The notes: generated by a model not told the origin, from the sequence alone. 64,000 bases of DNA from an uncultured Actinomycetes bacterium (GCA_963830835.1 CAWHNJ010000022.1:67434-131433), one strand, 5' to 3'; shown: positions 30,428 through 40,246, counted from the first letter of the stretch. Numbers and translations are program-made.

Positions 30428-31232
30428 GCGCGCGTTCCCGTCGGCCGAGACTGCGCCGCTGCGCCGCGTCGTGCGGCGGACGACGCTCATTCGCATCGCA
30501 CTCGCCCTCGCGCTCGTGGGCGCGCTGGCGCTCGCCTTCCTCGCCGCCCGCGACTCGGACGTGAGGCACGCGCCGCTCGTGCCCTCGGGGACGACCGGCG
30601 TCGTCGTGCTCGATCTCTCGGCGAGCGTCTACGAGGCTGCCTTCGGCTCGACGCTGCAGAAGATGGCGCGGCAGGGCGAGCGCGCCGGCCTCGTCGTCTT
30701 CTCGGACTCGGCCTACGAGGTGCTGCCGCCGGGGACACCCGGCCGCGAGCTGCTGCCCTTCCTCCGCTTCTTCCGCCCCGACCCGAACAGCACGACCGGC
30801 AGCTTCCCACCCAATCCGTGGCAGGACTTCCGCGCCGGCACGCGCATCTCGGCGGGCCTCGCCGAAGCGCACGCGTCGCTCGTCTACGCCGGCGCGAAGA
30901 AGGGCTCGATCCTCATCGTCTCCGACCTGGAGATCCTCCCTGACGAGGTGGCGCGGCTCGGCCACGTGATCGCCGACGTGCGCCGGGACGGCATCGAAGT
31001 CCGCATCCTCCCCGTCAATCCCAGCGCCGAGAAGCGGCGCTCATGGAGGAGATCCTCGGCAAGGGAGCGTTCCTCAAGGAGAAGGCGGAGGAGGCAGCGC
31101 CGAAGGAAGCGCCGGAGAAGGAGAGCCTGCGGCTGGCGGCGCCCTGGCTGTTCATGCTCGCCGCCGGCCTCGTCGTGGTGCTGCTCGCCACCAACGAGCG
31201 GCTGCTCGGGACGTCTGGAGGTGCGCCGATGA
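30414..31232 (+). pseudogene. Membrane-anchored vWA-domain protein (BatA/BatB-like) with two frameshifts (near 31035 and 31205)
   Basis: N-terminal TM segment, then GVVVLDLSASV (DxSxS MIDAS) ...GLVVFSDSA...ILIVSDLE. The middle section is in the ORF 31043 frame (MEEILGKGAFL...WLFMLAAGLVVVLLA). It ends RLEVRR-stop, overlapping the next ATG. Confidence 0.7.
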
Positions 31233-31859
31233 GGTGGCGGCGCTGGCTCGTTCCGGCCTTGGCCGTGCTCTGCGTGCCCGTGGCGGTCGTGCTCGCGCTC
31301 TTCGCCGTCGACGTGCTGCGTGTCGGCGACTCCGTCACCGAGGACGACGTCCGCTTCAAGCAAGGCCAACACTGCAGGCAGGGCTCTTCGACGACCCCGG
31401 TTTCCTGCCCGGTCACATCGCCGCGAAGGCGGTCGGTCTCGAGGACGACCTGCGCTATCGCCGCGCGGTCTGGCTCTATGCCCGCGCCGACCCGAGCAAC
31501 ACGACGGTGTACCTCTCGCCCGCCCAGGAGGCGTTGCGGGCGAGCCTGGAGCCGAAGCTCATCGATGCCAGCCGGGCGGAGACCGATCCCCGACGGCGTT
31601 CGCGGCTGCTCAACCTCTTGGGCATCGTCGCGATGAGCCGCTACGCCGTCGACCCCGGCGACCGCTCCAACACCGTTCGTGCGGCCATCGACTCGTTCAC
31701 GAACGCGATCAACATGGACCCGACCAACGTCGACGCGAAGTTCAACCTCGAGATCGTCCTGCGCGACTTCTTCCACCAGGTCGCGCCCGGCGTCTCCCCG
31801 GACCGCGGCCGGCTGGGCGGGAACGTCGCCGGCGTCGGCCGCGACGGCAGCGGTACTGA
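31229..31859 (+). pseudogene. Membrane-anchored helical protein (occupies the BatC/TPR-like position) with frameshifts near 31370 and 31855
   Basis: MRWRRWLVPALAVLCVPVAVVLALFAV...; second frame LQAGLFDDPGFLPG...AIDSFTNAINMDPTNVDAKFNLEIVLRD (TPR-like). A TGATG junction joins it to the next gene. Confidence 0.5.
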
Positions 31860-32748
31860 TGGACCTGACGTTCCTCACGCCGATGGCGGCGATCTTCGCC
31901 GTGTCGGCGTTGCTGCCGCTCGGCATCTACTGGTTTCGCGAGCGGCGCGCCTCCAAGATCCGGAGTGCGCTCGGGCTGGAAGAGCCGTCGTGGCGCTCCC
32001 GTGCGCCGCTTGTGGCGGCAGTGGCCGCAGTGCCACTGCTGCTCGGAGTCGCGGCCGCACAGCCGGTGCTCGGCACCGAGCGCTCCGTGCCCGAGCGGAC
32101 GGACGCCGAGGCATTCTTCGTCATGGACACGTCGCGCTCGATGCTGGCAGCGGACGGCCCCGAAGCCGCCACACGCTTTGACCGTGCGGTCGAGGTCGCC
32201 TCGGAGATCCACGACCGGATCCCGCAGGTGCGTTCCGGCATCGTGTCGATGACCGACCGCCTACTGCCCCATGCCCTGCCGACCACCGACCGGCGGTGTT
32301 CGAGACGACGCTCCGGCGGTCGATCGGCGTCGAGCTGCCGCCGCCCGCGTTCACCTACTCCACCTATGCGACGTACTACGACATCCTCGCCGGGATCCCG
32401 CAGCGCAAGTTCTTCTCGCCAGCGGCGAAGAAGCGGCTGCTCGTCGTGATGACCGACGGCGAGTCGCGGCCGTTCGGTTCCCAGCTCGGCGCGGCGTTTC
32501 CCGGCAAGCCTCCGATCGAGACCGTCCTCGTCCGCTTCGGGAACGCCGACGAGCGCATCTACACGACGGGCGAGGCAGAGGGCTACGTGCCCGCCAAGAA
32601 CAGCGAGCAGACGATCGCGCGCGTGGCCGACCTGATGGGCGGCCGCGCGTTCTCCGAGGACGACGTGTCCGCGGCCGGCGACGCCGTCGCCGAGATCGTC
32701 GGCGAGGGAGCGACGAACGACAGGAAGATCCCGGGCGCGCGTCGGTAG
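31859..32748 (+). CDS. vWA-domain membrane protein (BatA-like), frameshift near 32290
   Basis: MDLTFLTPMAAIFAVSALLPLGIYWF...AFFVMDTSRSMLA (DxSxS)...; second frame LLVVMTDGESRPF... Confidence 0.75.
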
Positions 32749-32938
32749 GCGGGCTCATGCCCTGGGTGCCGTCGGTGACGCTCGGCCGTGGCGCAGGAAT
32801 CGCGGCCTGAGCGAGAACCGTCCTTCCGGCGTGCCGCTCGCGCTTCCTCCTGTGGCGAGAGGACACCGCGTCCCGCTCGCGTAGCCCACGAACGCGACGA
32901 CAAGCCCCGTCGCGGCGGCCACACTGCTGCGATCCTCG

Positions 32939-33702
32939 TCAGTCAGCTCCTTCGCTCTCGGGCTGGCCGACACGGTCGATCGGGAGACCACACAGCCATG
33001 AACGAGAGAGGCCCCGCCCGGGCATCAGACGACGGCGGTAACTCGCGGGGTCCGGCTGCGGCACGATGCGGATGTAGGGCTTCGGCGACTCCCACTCGCC
33101 GAAGATCTCCTTCGCCTCGTCGTTCGAGACCGAGCCGGCGATGATGACGTCCTCGCCGTGCTGCCAGTTGACCGGGGTTGCGACCCGGTGCTTCGCGGTC
33201 AGCTGCAGCGAGTCGATCACGCGCAGCACCTCGTCGAAGTTGCGGCCCGTCGTCATCGGGTAGACGAGGACGAGCTTGACCTTCTTGTCGGGGCCGACGA
33301 CGAAGACGTTGCGCACCGTCTGATTGTCGACCGGCGTGCGGTCTTCGGGTCGCCGGAAGCCTCCGCCGGCAGCATCCCGTAGAGCTTCGAAACCTCGAGG
33401 TCGGGGTCGCCGATGATCGGGTAGTTGGGCGCGTGACCCTGCGTCTCCTCGATGTCGGCGGCCCATCCCGAGTGATCATCGACGCGGTCTGCAGACAGGC
33501 CGATGATCTTCACATCGCGCTTGTCGAACTCGGGCTTGATCCTCGCCATGTAGCCGAGCTCGGTCGTGCAGACGGGCGTGAAGTCCTTGGGATGCGAGAA
33601 CAGCACGGCCCAGGAGTCGCCGATCCAGTCGTGAAAGCTGATCGGCCCCTCGGTCGTCTCAGCCTGGAAATCCGGTGCGGTGTCTCCGATCTTGAGGCTC
33701 AT
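32939..33702 (-). CDS. 1-Cys peroxiredoxin (Prx6 subfamily), frameshift near 33345, C-terminal end uncertain
   Basis: MSLKIGDTAPDFQAETTEGPISFHDWIGDSWAVLFSHPKDFTPVCTTELG...; second frame VRNVFVVGPDKKVKLVLVYPMTTGRNFDEVLRVIDSLQLT...PYIRIVPQP. A strong AAGGAGG SD precedes it. Confidence 0.88.
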
Positions 33703-33746
33703 AACATCCCCTCCTTTTGAAAGTGAAGTATTGAGAGCTTAACGAA

Positions 33747-34767
33747 TCATTCCTCAGAGCCACTCCCGCCCGCTCCGGACTCGTCGAGCGCCCGCCAGAG
33801 CCGCTGGCCGCGCGTCTGGCGGCGGAACTCCGTCACCGTCATGCTGGTGAGGCGGGTCGGTGCCGTGGCGCGGGCAGTGGCCGAGCGACGGATGCCGAAC
33901 AGTGGAGCCAGCTCTCCGAAGTAGTTCCCGGGCCCGATAGTCGCAAGCACCTCCTCGGTGCCGTCGGCCCGTTCCCGCACGACCTCGACCGCGCCTTCGT
34001 CGACGACATAGACTCGCTCGCCCGGGTCACCCTGGCGGAAGACGGTGTCACCAGGGGCGAGGCGAGCCTCCCCCGGCTCTCCCGACTCTCCGTCGATCCG
34101 CGGGCTCATGGCCACGACCTTGTCGGCCAGCGGAATCATGCGATCGTCGTGGGTGGCAGACCACGACGATGCGGCCGCTGTCGGCGATGTCCCGCAGGAG
34201 CTCGAGGACGTTCTCCACCTGCATGTAGTCGAGATGCGCCGTGGGCTCGTCCGCGAGGACGAGCGGCGGGTCGTGAGCCAGGGCTCGGGCAATCGCGACC
34301 CGCTGCTGCTGACCACCGGAAAGGTCGCCCGGCCGGTGGTGCCGACGGTCCCCCAGACCGACCTGCTCGAGCAGCCCGTCGGCGCGCTCGCGGGCGGCCG
34401 CGGAGCTGAGACCTGTGGCCCGCAAAGGAACCTGGACGTTCTCGCTCGCGGTCAAGCTCGGAACGAGATTGAACGCCTGGAAGACGACTCCGACGCGGTA
34501 CCTGCGGTACTCGGTCAGCGCAGCGCCCGCGAGCGTCGTGATCTCGACGCCTCCGAGCTGCACGCTGCCTCCGGCAGGCGTGAGGATCGACGCGAGGATC
34601 GACAGCAACGTCGTCTTGCCGCAACCGCTGGCGCCGAGGAGTAGGGCCAGCTGGCCCGAACCGATCTCGAAGTCGAGCCCGTCGATCGGCCGAACGACGT
34701 AGTCGCCGCTTCGATACTCGACGACGAGATCTCGCCCGGCCAGCTGCAGGTCAGCTGCCAAAGGCAA
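33747..34767 (-). CDS. ABC transporter ATP-binding protein (MacB/LolD type) fused to a C-terminal cyclic-nucleotide-binding domain, frameshift near 34160
   Basis: LLGASGCGKTTLL (Walker A), LSGGQQQRVAIARAL, LVLADEPTAHLD, then ATHDDRMIPLADKVV. In the same frame follows FRQGDPGERVYVVDEGAVEVV...GPGNYFGELAPLFGIRRSATARA (cNMP-binding). Confidence 0.8.
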
Positions 34768-35793
34768 GCGCGGGGTCGATCTTGAGGGTACGCCTGAGCG
34801 CAGCGAGGCTCGCGAGGGCTCCGGCGAGGACGGCTACGGCCAGCGAGCTCCACGTACGCACGGGCGGGGACCTCCACCTTCATCGCCGACAGCGGCGCAA
34901 GAGCGAGCTCGAGCACGATGGCGACGGCGACGGCGCACGAGCGTGAGCGCGATGGCCTGACCGACCAGTCCCCGAACGAGGCTGGCAGTGGAGACGCCGA
35001 TCGCCTTGAAGACGGCAAAGTCCGCGGTCCGCTCGAGGGTGGACAGGTAGAGGATGGCGCCGACGATGCCGGCTGCGACCGCCCACAGCAGCCAGCGGAT
35101 GAGCCCGATCGTCTGCTTTGCCTGTGCGACGGGCCGGTTGAGGTCCTCCCCCACATCACTGTTCGTGAGGACGGAGAACCCCTGCGGCGGGGCAGCAACT
35201 TCTCCTTCGGCCACGATTGCCGTCGCGAGCCGCTGGCCGTCGAACCCGAGGCGCTGGACGTCTGGGAGCGCGACGACGACCGCGGGCACGCCGGCGAAGT
35301 ACGTCCGGCCGCTCGTCTCCGCGACCACCTCGAACTCCATGCCGCTGAGCTCGATCGTGTCGCCCACGTCGACGCCGAGCCGATCGTCGACGATCGCAGC
35401 TCCAGGTCGCGTGAGGAGGTCTTCGGCCTCGGCGGCCGGGCCCACGCCACCGGGGACCGCGCCGATGACGTTCACGTTCTCGGGATCCGGCGTGAGCGCG
35501 GTCGCCCCCACGATCGCCACGGGGTCGGCTCTCCGTACGCCGGTGGCACGTCGTACCTCGTCGACGCGAGACGTGGGGAAGCCAATCGGCGCGGTGAACG
35601 GCCCGACGGCTCCTTCAGCCACCAGCCACTGATCGGCGCCGAACGAGGACACGGTCCGGTCGATCTCGTTGTCGAAGCTCGCACGCACACCCGTGAGCAG
35701 CAGTGCCAGCGCGAGCACGAGGCCGGTGGCGAGGACGGCGATCGCAAAGCGCCGCCGTCGCCACTCGAGGTCACGAACACTGATCAGCCACAC
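34751..35793 (-). pseudogene. FtsX-like ABC permease with two frameshifts (near 34950 and 34850)
   Basis: GTG 35793 gives VWLISVRDLEWRRRRFAIAVLATGLVLALALLL...FAVFKAIGVSTASLVRGLVGQAIAL.... The true end VAVLAGALASLAALRRTLKIDPALAFGS-stop is in a third frame. Confidence 0.7.
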
Positions 35794-35877
35794 CGGCGCC
35801 GGAGTATCGACCGGGAGCCCATGACGGTGCAAGTGGCACTTCCAAACGAGGCGTCGCACGGAGTAGGGTCCCTTCGC

Positions 35878-37635
35878 ATGGACCCGCCGACGTCGTTCTT
35901 CTCGGGCATCACCGAGCAGGAGATCGACAGCGCGCTCAACGGCATCGAGCGCAGGCGTCTCTCGAGCGGAACCGTGCTCATCGGCGAAGGAGACATCCCT
36001 GGAGAGATGTACGTCCTCCGCTCCGGTTCGGCGGAGGTCCTCATGGAGGATCGCCTGGGCGTAAAGCAGACGGTCAGCCGCATCGGCCCCGGCGAGACGA
36101 TCGGGGAGATGTCGCTCCTCACCAGAGAGCCTGCCTCGGCGACTGTTCGCATCTCCGAGGCGGCGGAGGTGCTCGTGCTCGACGAGACCGGCCTCGCAGA
36201 GCTCACCGAGCGACTCCCGGGCCTCGAGCGCAACATGTTCAGGATCCTCGCCGCCCGCCTCGTGCGGGCCAACCGCCTGGTGGTCGGCCGCCAGCCGGGC
36301 CGTCTGACCGTGCTCGACGACCGCGAGTCGCCGCCGCTGCTCGGCTACGCCCTCGCGGCGAGCATCGCCTGGCACACCGGGGCTCGAACGCTGTACGTCG
36401 CACTGACCGACGCACCAGCCGAGGCGCTGGCCGCCCTCGCGAGAGCCTCACAGAAGACCGCCGAGTCGGGGGCGCATGGCGCCGAGCTCGTCGTCGCGAG
36501 CCCGGACGGCGAGTTTGCCCCCGAGCGGATCGAGTCGACGCTGCTTCGACTCGCTGCCGAGTACGACGACGTGGTGGTGCAGTTGCCCCGGGGCGCGACG
36601 AGCGGTCCCGTGAACATCAGTCGCACGATCACGCTTGCTTCGACGGAGGCACCGCCACAGGGATTCGCAGTCGAGCTCGCTCCGGACGCCGCCGCACCGT
36701 TCCTGCGGGGGCCGCTCCTGCGCACCCCTCCGCTGTCCGCCGAAGACGAGGCCGCGCTCGAGCATGGGCTGCTGCCGGCAACGACAGGAGCGGGCCGAGC
36801 GCTGGGACGGCTCTCCAGAAGGTTGGTCGGACTGGAAGTCGGTGTCGCCCTGGGGACGGGAAGCGTGCGTGGCTATGCGCACCTCGGCGTGCTGCGCGGG
36901 CTCGAGCGCGCAGGAATCCCCGTCGACTACCTCGCCGGCACGAGCATCGGAGCAGTCGTGGCCGGAGCGTATTCGCTGGGCGACGTGGACACGGCGACGG
37001 ACTTCCTGGACGAGCTGGGCTCGAGGATGTTCAGGCCCACGCTCTCCAAGCGATCGATGCTTTCGACGCGCGCCATGCGCCGCCTCATCCGTAAGCGGTT
37101 CGGCGACCCGCAGCTGGAGAGCTTGCCCATCCCCCTGGCGGTCGTGGCCACCGATATGGAGACCCACGAGGAAGTGGTGCTCAGTCGCGGAAGCACGACC
37201 GCGGCGCTGTTCGCCAGCTCGGCCATCCCCGGCGTCTTCCCCGCCGTCCGCATCGGAGCGCGGACGCTCGTCGACGGCGGCATCGTCAATCCCGTTCCGG
37301 TCAGCGTCGCAGCAGCCCTTGGAGCGGGCGTCGTGATCTCGGTGCGGCTCGTGTCGGGGGGCGGTATCGGCGAGGAAGTGTCGGAGGAGGTCAAGGGCCC
37401 GGTGCCCAATGTCGTTGCCGCCATCGTCAGGTCGATCGAGACGGTGCAGACGCGCATCAAGGCCGAGACGGATTCGGTGCCGGTCGTCGCGCTCACTCCC
37501 GACCTCACGAAGATCGAGCCGGTCAAGCTGCGGAGGTTTCGCGACGGCCGCCGTTTCGTGCCGGCGGGGGAGGCCGCGGTCGAGGACGCCATGCCTCGAC
37601 TGCGAGCCGCCCTGCCGTGGCTCCGCGAAAGCTGA
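35878..37635 (+). CDS. Cyclic-nucleotide-binding domain plus patatin-like phospholipase (NTE-like architecture)
   Basis: N-terminus: GEGDIPGEMYVLRSGSAEVL...GPGETIGEMSLLTREPASATV. C-terminus: VGVALGTGSVRGYAHLGVL...LAGTSIGAVVAG (GxSxG) ...LVDGGIVNPVP (DGG). Intact, 585 aa. Confidence 0.85.
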   Translation: MDPPTSFFSGITEQEIDSALNGIERRRLSSGTVLIGEGDIPGEMYVLRSGSAEVLMEDRLGVKQTVSRIGPGETIGEMSLLTREPASATVRISEAAEVLVLDETGLAELTERLPGLERNMFRILAARLVRANRLVVGRQPGRLTVLDDRESPPLLGYALAASIAWHTGARTLYVALTDAPAEALAALARASQKTAESGAHGAELVVASPDGEFAPERIESTLLRLAAEYDDVVVQLPRGATSGPVNISRTITLASTEAPPQGFAVELAPDAAAPFLRGPLLRTPPLSAEDEAALEHGLLPATTGAGRALGRLSRRLVGLEVGVALGTGSVRGYAHLGVLRGLERAGIPVDYLAGTSIGAVVAGAYSLGDVDTATDFLDELGSRMFRPTLSKRSMLSTRAMRRLIRKRFGDPQLESLPIPLAVVATDMETHEEVVLSRGSTTAALFASSAIPGVFPAVRIGARTLVDGGIVNPVPVSVAAALGAGVVISVRLVSGGGIGEEVSEEVKGPVPNVVAAIVRSIETVQTRIKAETDSVPVVALTPDLTKIEPVKLRRFRDGRRFVPAGEAAVEDAMPRLRAALPWLRES

Positions 37636-37639
37636 CGGC

Positions 37640-39220
37640 TTAGACGAGCCCGCCGCGGTAGCGCCACGGGCCCGGGTCGAGGCGGATGCCGCGCTTGCGG
37701 CAGAGCTCGCGGACGGAGTCGAGCACGATTCCCCCCTTCCCGTGGAGCCTGCGATCAACGAGGTCGAGCACGGCGAAGCCGTCGGGAGGCTCGCCGGCAA
37801 CCTCGAGCGTGAGCACGACAACCTCGCCGTCGGTCTCCGGTGGCTCGAACGTCGTGTCGACCTTCTCGACGAACAGCACGAGCGACGTCGTGTCGTCCGC
37901 TCGAATCGCAATGGAGTGGTCGGAGCCGGCGGCGACGTCGACGCCACGCAGCTCGAGCAACTCGCGGAGATCGTCGAGCATCCGCCGCACGAGCTGCGGC
38001 TGCCGCGCGCGCGGCACCGGGCGCGCTGAGACGCCGACTGGTCTTCGCCGGCACACCGATCGCCAGCTTGCCGCGCGGGGACGTCCGAGACGACGTACGA
38101 GTTCGACGCGACGATGGCCTCCCGGCCGAGCCGGCAGCCCGCATAGACGACGGCGCCGAGCCCGACCTGCGCGCGGTCCTCGAGCACGATCGGCGCGAAC
38201 CGGTTCTCGAAGCCCTCGAGCACCGAATGGCCGATGTTGTGCGTGACGAGCATCGACCGCATCGTCACGAAGACCTCCCGGCCGATGACGACCGGCCGGC
38301 AAGGGTTGATGAACGCCTCGTCGCCGACGAAGACGAGGTCGCCGACAGCGAGCGTCGCCCACGGGTCACGCCAGCCGCCGCCGCCGACCCGCACGTCACG
38401 CCCCAGGTGGCCGTTGGCGCCGATGAAGGCACGGCGGCACTGAATCTCGAGCCGCGGGCCAATGTTCGTGAGAGCGCCCACCGCGAACACCTCCTCGCAG
38501 CGAACCCAACCGTCGTCAGCCGATCTCGACACCGTCTCCAACCACGATCCGCGGCGCGATGAGGATCGTGCCGTCGCCGAGGCGCACGCCGTCGCCGATC
38601 GAGGCGCCGTGGCGCCGGTACGCATCGCAGCGCTCGTCGGACGAAAGCGACCGGAACGTGTCCGGATCCGACCGTAGCGACTCGAGGAAGCCCTCCTCCA
38701 GGCGTCCTTCCTCCTCGGGAAGCTCCAGCACGGCGGGTAGCGTCACGCCTTCGAGTGAGATGCCGTGGAAGAGCCCCGGCACCGTCACGACCTCCTCGGC
38801 CGCGCGGGCAGCGACGAGGCGCTCCACGTCCTCGGCCGTGATGAAGCCGTCCTTCTCGATCGTCGCCAGGTCGATGCCGTGCTCCTCGGCCAGCTCGACG
38901 GCCCTCCGCGTCGCGTTCGCGGGCCCGGCCGGCTGCACCGACGGGGCCTTCGCCGGGCGAGACTCCTCGGCTGCGGCGAGCTCTTCCTCGCTCTCGGCGA
39001 TCACGGCGATGCGGCCGCCCAGCTCGACCTCGTCACCCTCGCCGTAGAGGTGGTGGAGGATCCCGTCACCCGGCGCTTCGAGCTCGAGCAGCGCCTTCGA
39101 GGTCTCGACGAGGCAGACGACCTGCCCCTTCTGCACCCGGTCGCGGTCCGGCACGAGCCACTCGACGAGCAGCGCCCACTCGGTGTTCGCGTCTTCGCGG
39201 GTGAGAACGAGCTCGAGCAG
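37640..39220 (-). pseudogene. Hybrid E2-like protein: lipoyl-type domain, E3/peripheral-subunit-binding domain, hexapeptide-repeat (LbH) acyltransferase and an unknown C-terminal domain. About 3 frameshifts; non-canonical (CTG?) start.
   Basis: ELVLTREDANTEWALLVEWLVPDRDRVQKGQVVCLVETSKALLELEAPGDGIL (lipoyl fold). ATRRAVELAEEHGIDLATIEKDGFITAEDVERLV (PSBD). ASIGDGVRLGDGTILIAPRIVVGDGVEIG / WVRCEEVFAVGALTNIGP...IGANGHLGRDVRVGGGGW...LEDRAQVGLGAVVYAGCRLGREAIVASNSYVVSDVP (LbH). Frames change near 38520, 38085 and 38030. Confidence 0.6.
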
Positions 39221-39223
39221 CCG

Positions 39224-40245
39224 TCAGCTCCTGACGATCCCGAGCGCCCGCACCGCGCTGACGACGTCGTCGACGCCCGGCAGCACCGCCTCCTCGAGCG
39301 TGGGCGCCGCGGGGATGATGCCGTCCCGCGCCGCGATCCGCTCCACGGGCCGCCGCAGGTCCTCCCACGCCTCGCTCTGCACGCGGGCCGCGATCTCGGC
39401 GCCGACGCCGCCGGTCAGCGTCCCCTCCTCGACCGTGACGAGCGAGCCCGTGCGGGCGACGGACTCCAGCACCGGCTCCAGATCGAGCGGCAGCAGCCGG
39501 CTCAGGCAGACCACCTCGGTGAACAGCTCGTCCTCGATGATCAGCCGTACCGCCGCCTCGAGCACGATCGGCAGCATCCCTCCGTACGTGACGATCGTCG
39601 TCTCGCCGCCGGCGAAGCCGTTGCCCGAGAAGGAGAGCGCCGGATACGGACCCGTCGGTCTCCCGGCAGGCGAGATCGCCGAGCCGCCCGTCCACCGGCC
39701 TGCGGTTCGGCCGTCCGTACATGAGCTTGTTCTCGATGAAGAAGACGGGATCGTCGTCGTCGATCGCCGCGTGCAGCAGCGCGCCGATGTCGTGGCACTC
39801 GCTGGGCGCGACGACCTTGATGCCCGGGCACGCCGAGCAGCACCTTCTCGAGCGTCTGGCTGTGCGTCGGGCCGTAGCCGCGCCGCCCGCCCATCGGCGT
39901 GCGGATGACGAGCGGCACGCGCACCTGGTCGTCGAACATCGCGCGGAACTTCGCGATCCCGTTGACGGTCTGGTCGAAGCCGAGCGCGATGAAGTCGCCG
40001 AACATGATCTCGAGGATCGGCCGCCAGCCGCGCAGCGCCATGCCGGCGGCGACGCCGAAGATCGCGCCCTCCGAGACGGGCGTCGTGATCACCCGCTGCG
40101 GCCACGTCGACGAGAGGCCCTGCGTGACCTTGAACGCGCCGCCGTACGGGTCGAGCACGTCCTCGCCGAGCAGGTAGACGTCGTCGCGGCTCTCGAAGGC
40201 CTCGGTCAGCGCCGAGTTGAGGACCGTGGCGCAGCGCTCTTCCAC
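39224..40245 (-). pseudogene. 2-oxoacid dehydrogenase E1 beta subunit (set 1) with about two frameshifts (near 39835 and 39650)
   Basis: VEERCATVLNSALTEAFESRDDVYLLGEDVLDPYGGAFKVTQGL...TPVSEGAIFGVAAGMAL...RTPMGGRRGYGPTHSQ / IKVVAPSECHDIGALLHAAIDDDDPVFFIENKLMY / TIVTYGGMLPIVLEAA... Confidence 0.8.
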
Positions 40246-40246
40246 G

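Noticed and set aside
32939-33060. A 40-aa C-terminal extension on the peroxiredoxin (DPASYRRRLMPGRGLSRSWLCGLPIDRVGQPESEGAD)
   Set aside because: Prx6-type proteins normally end right after ...YIRIVPQP. The tail is low-quality sequence and most likely results from an indel that removed the natural stop, so it is not a novel domain.
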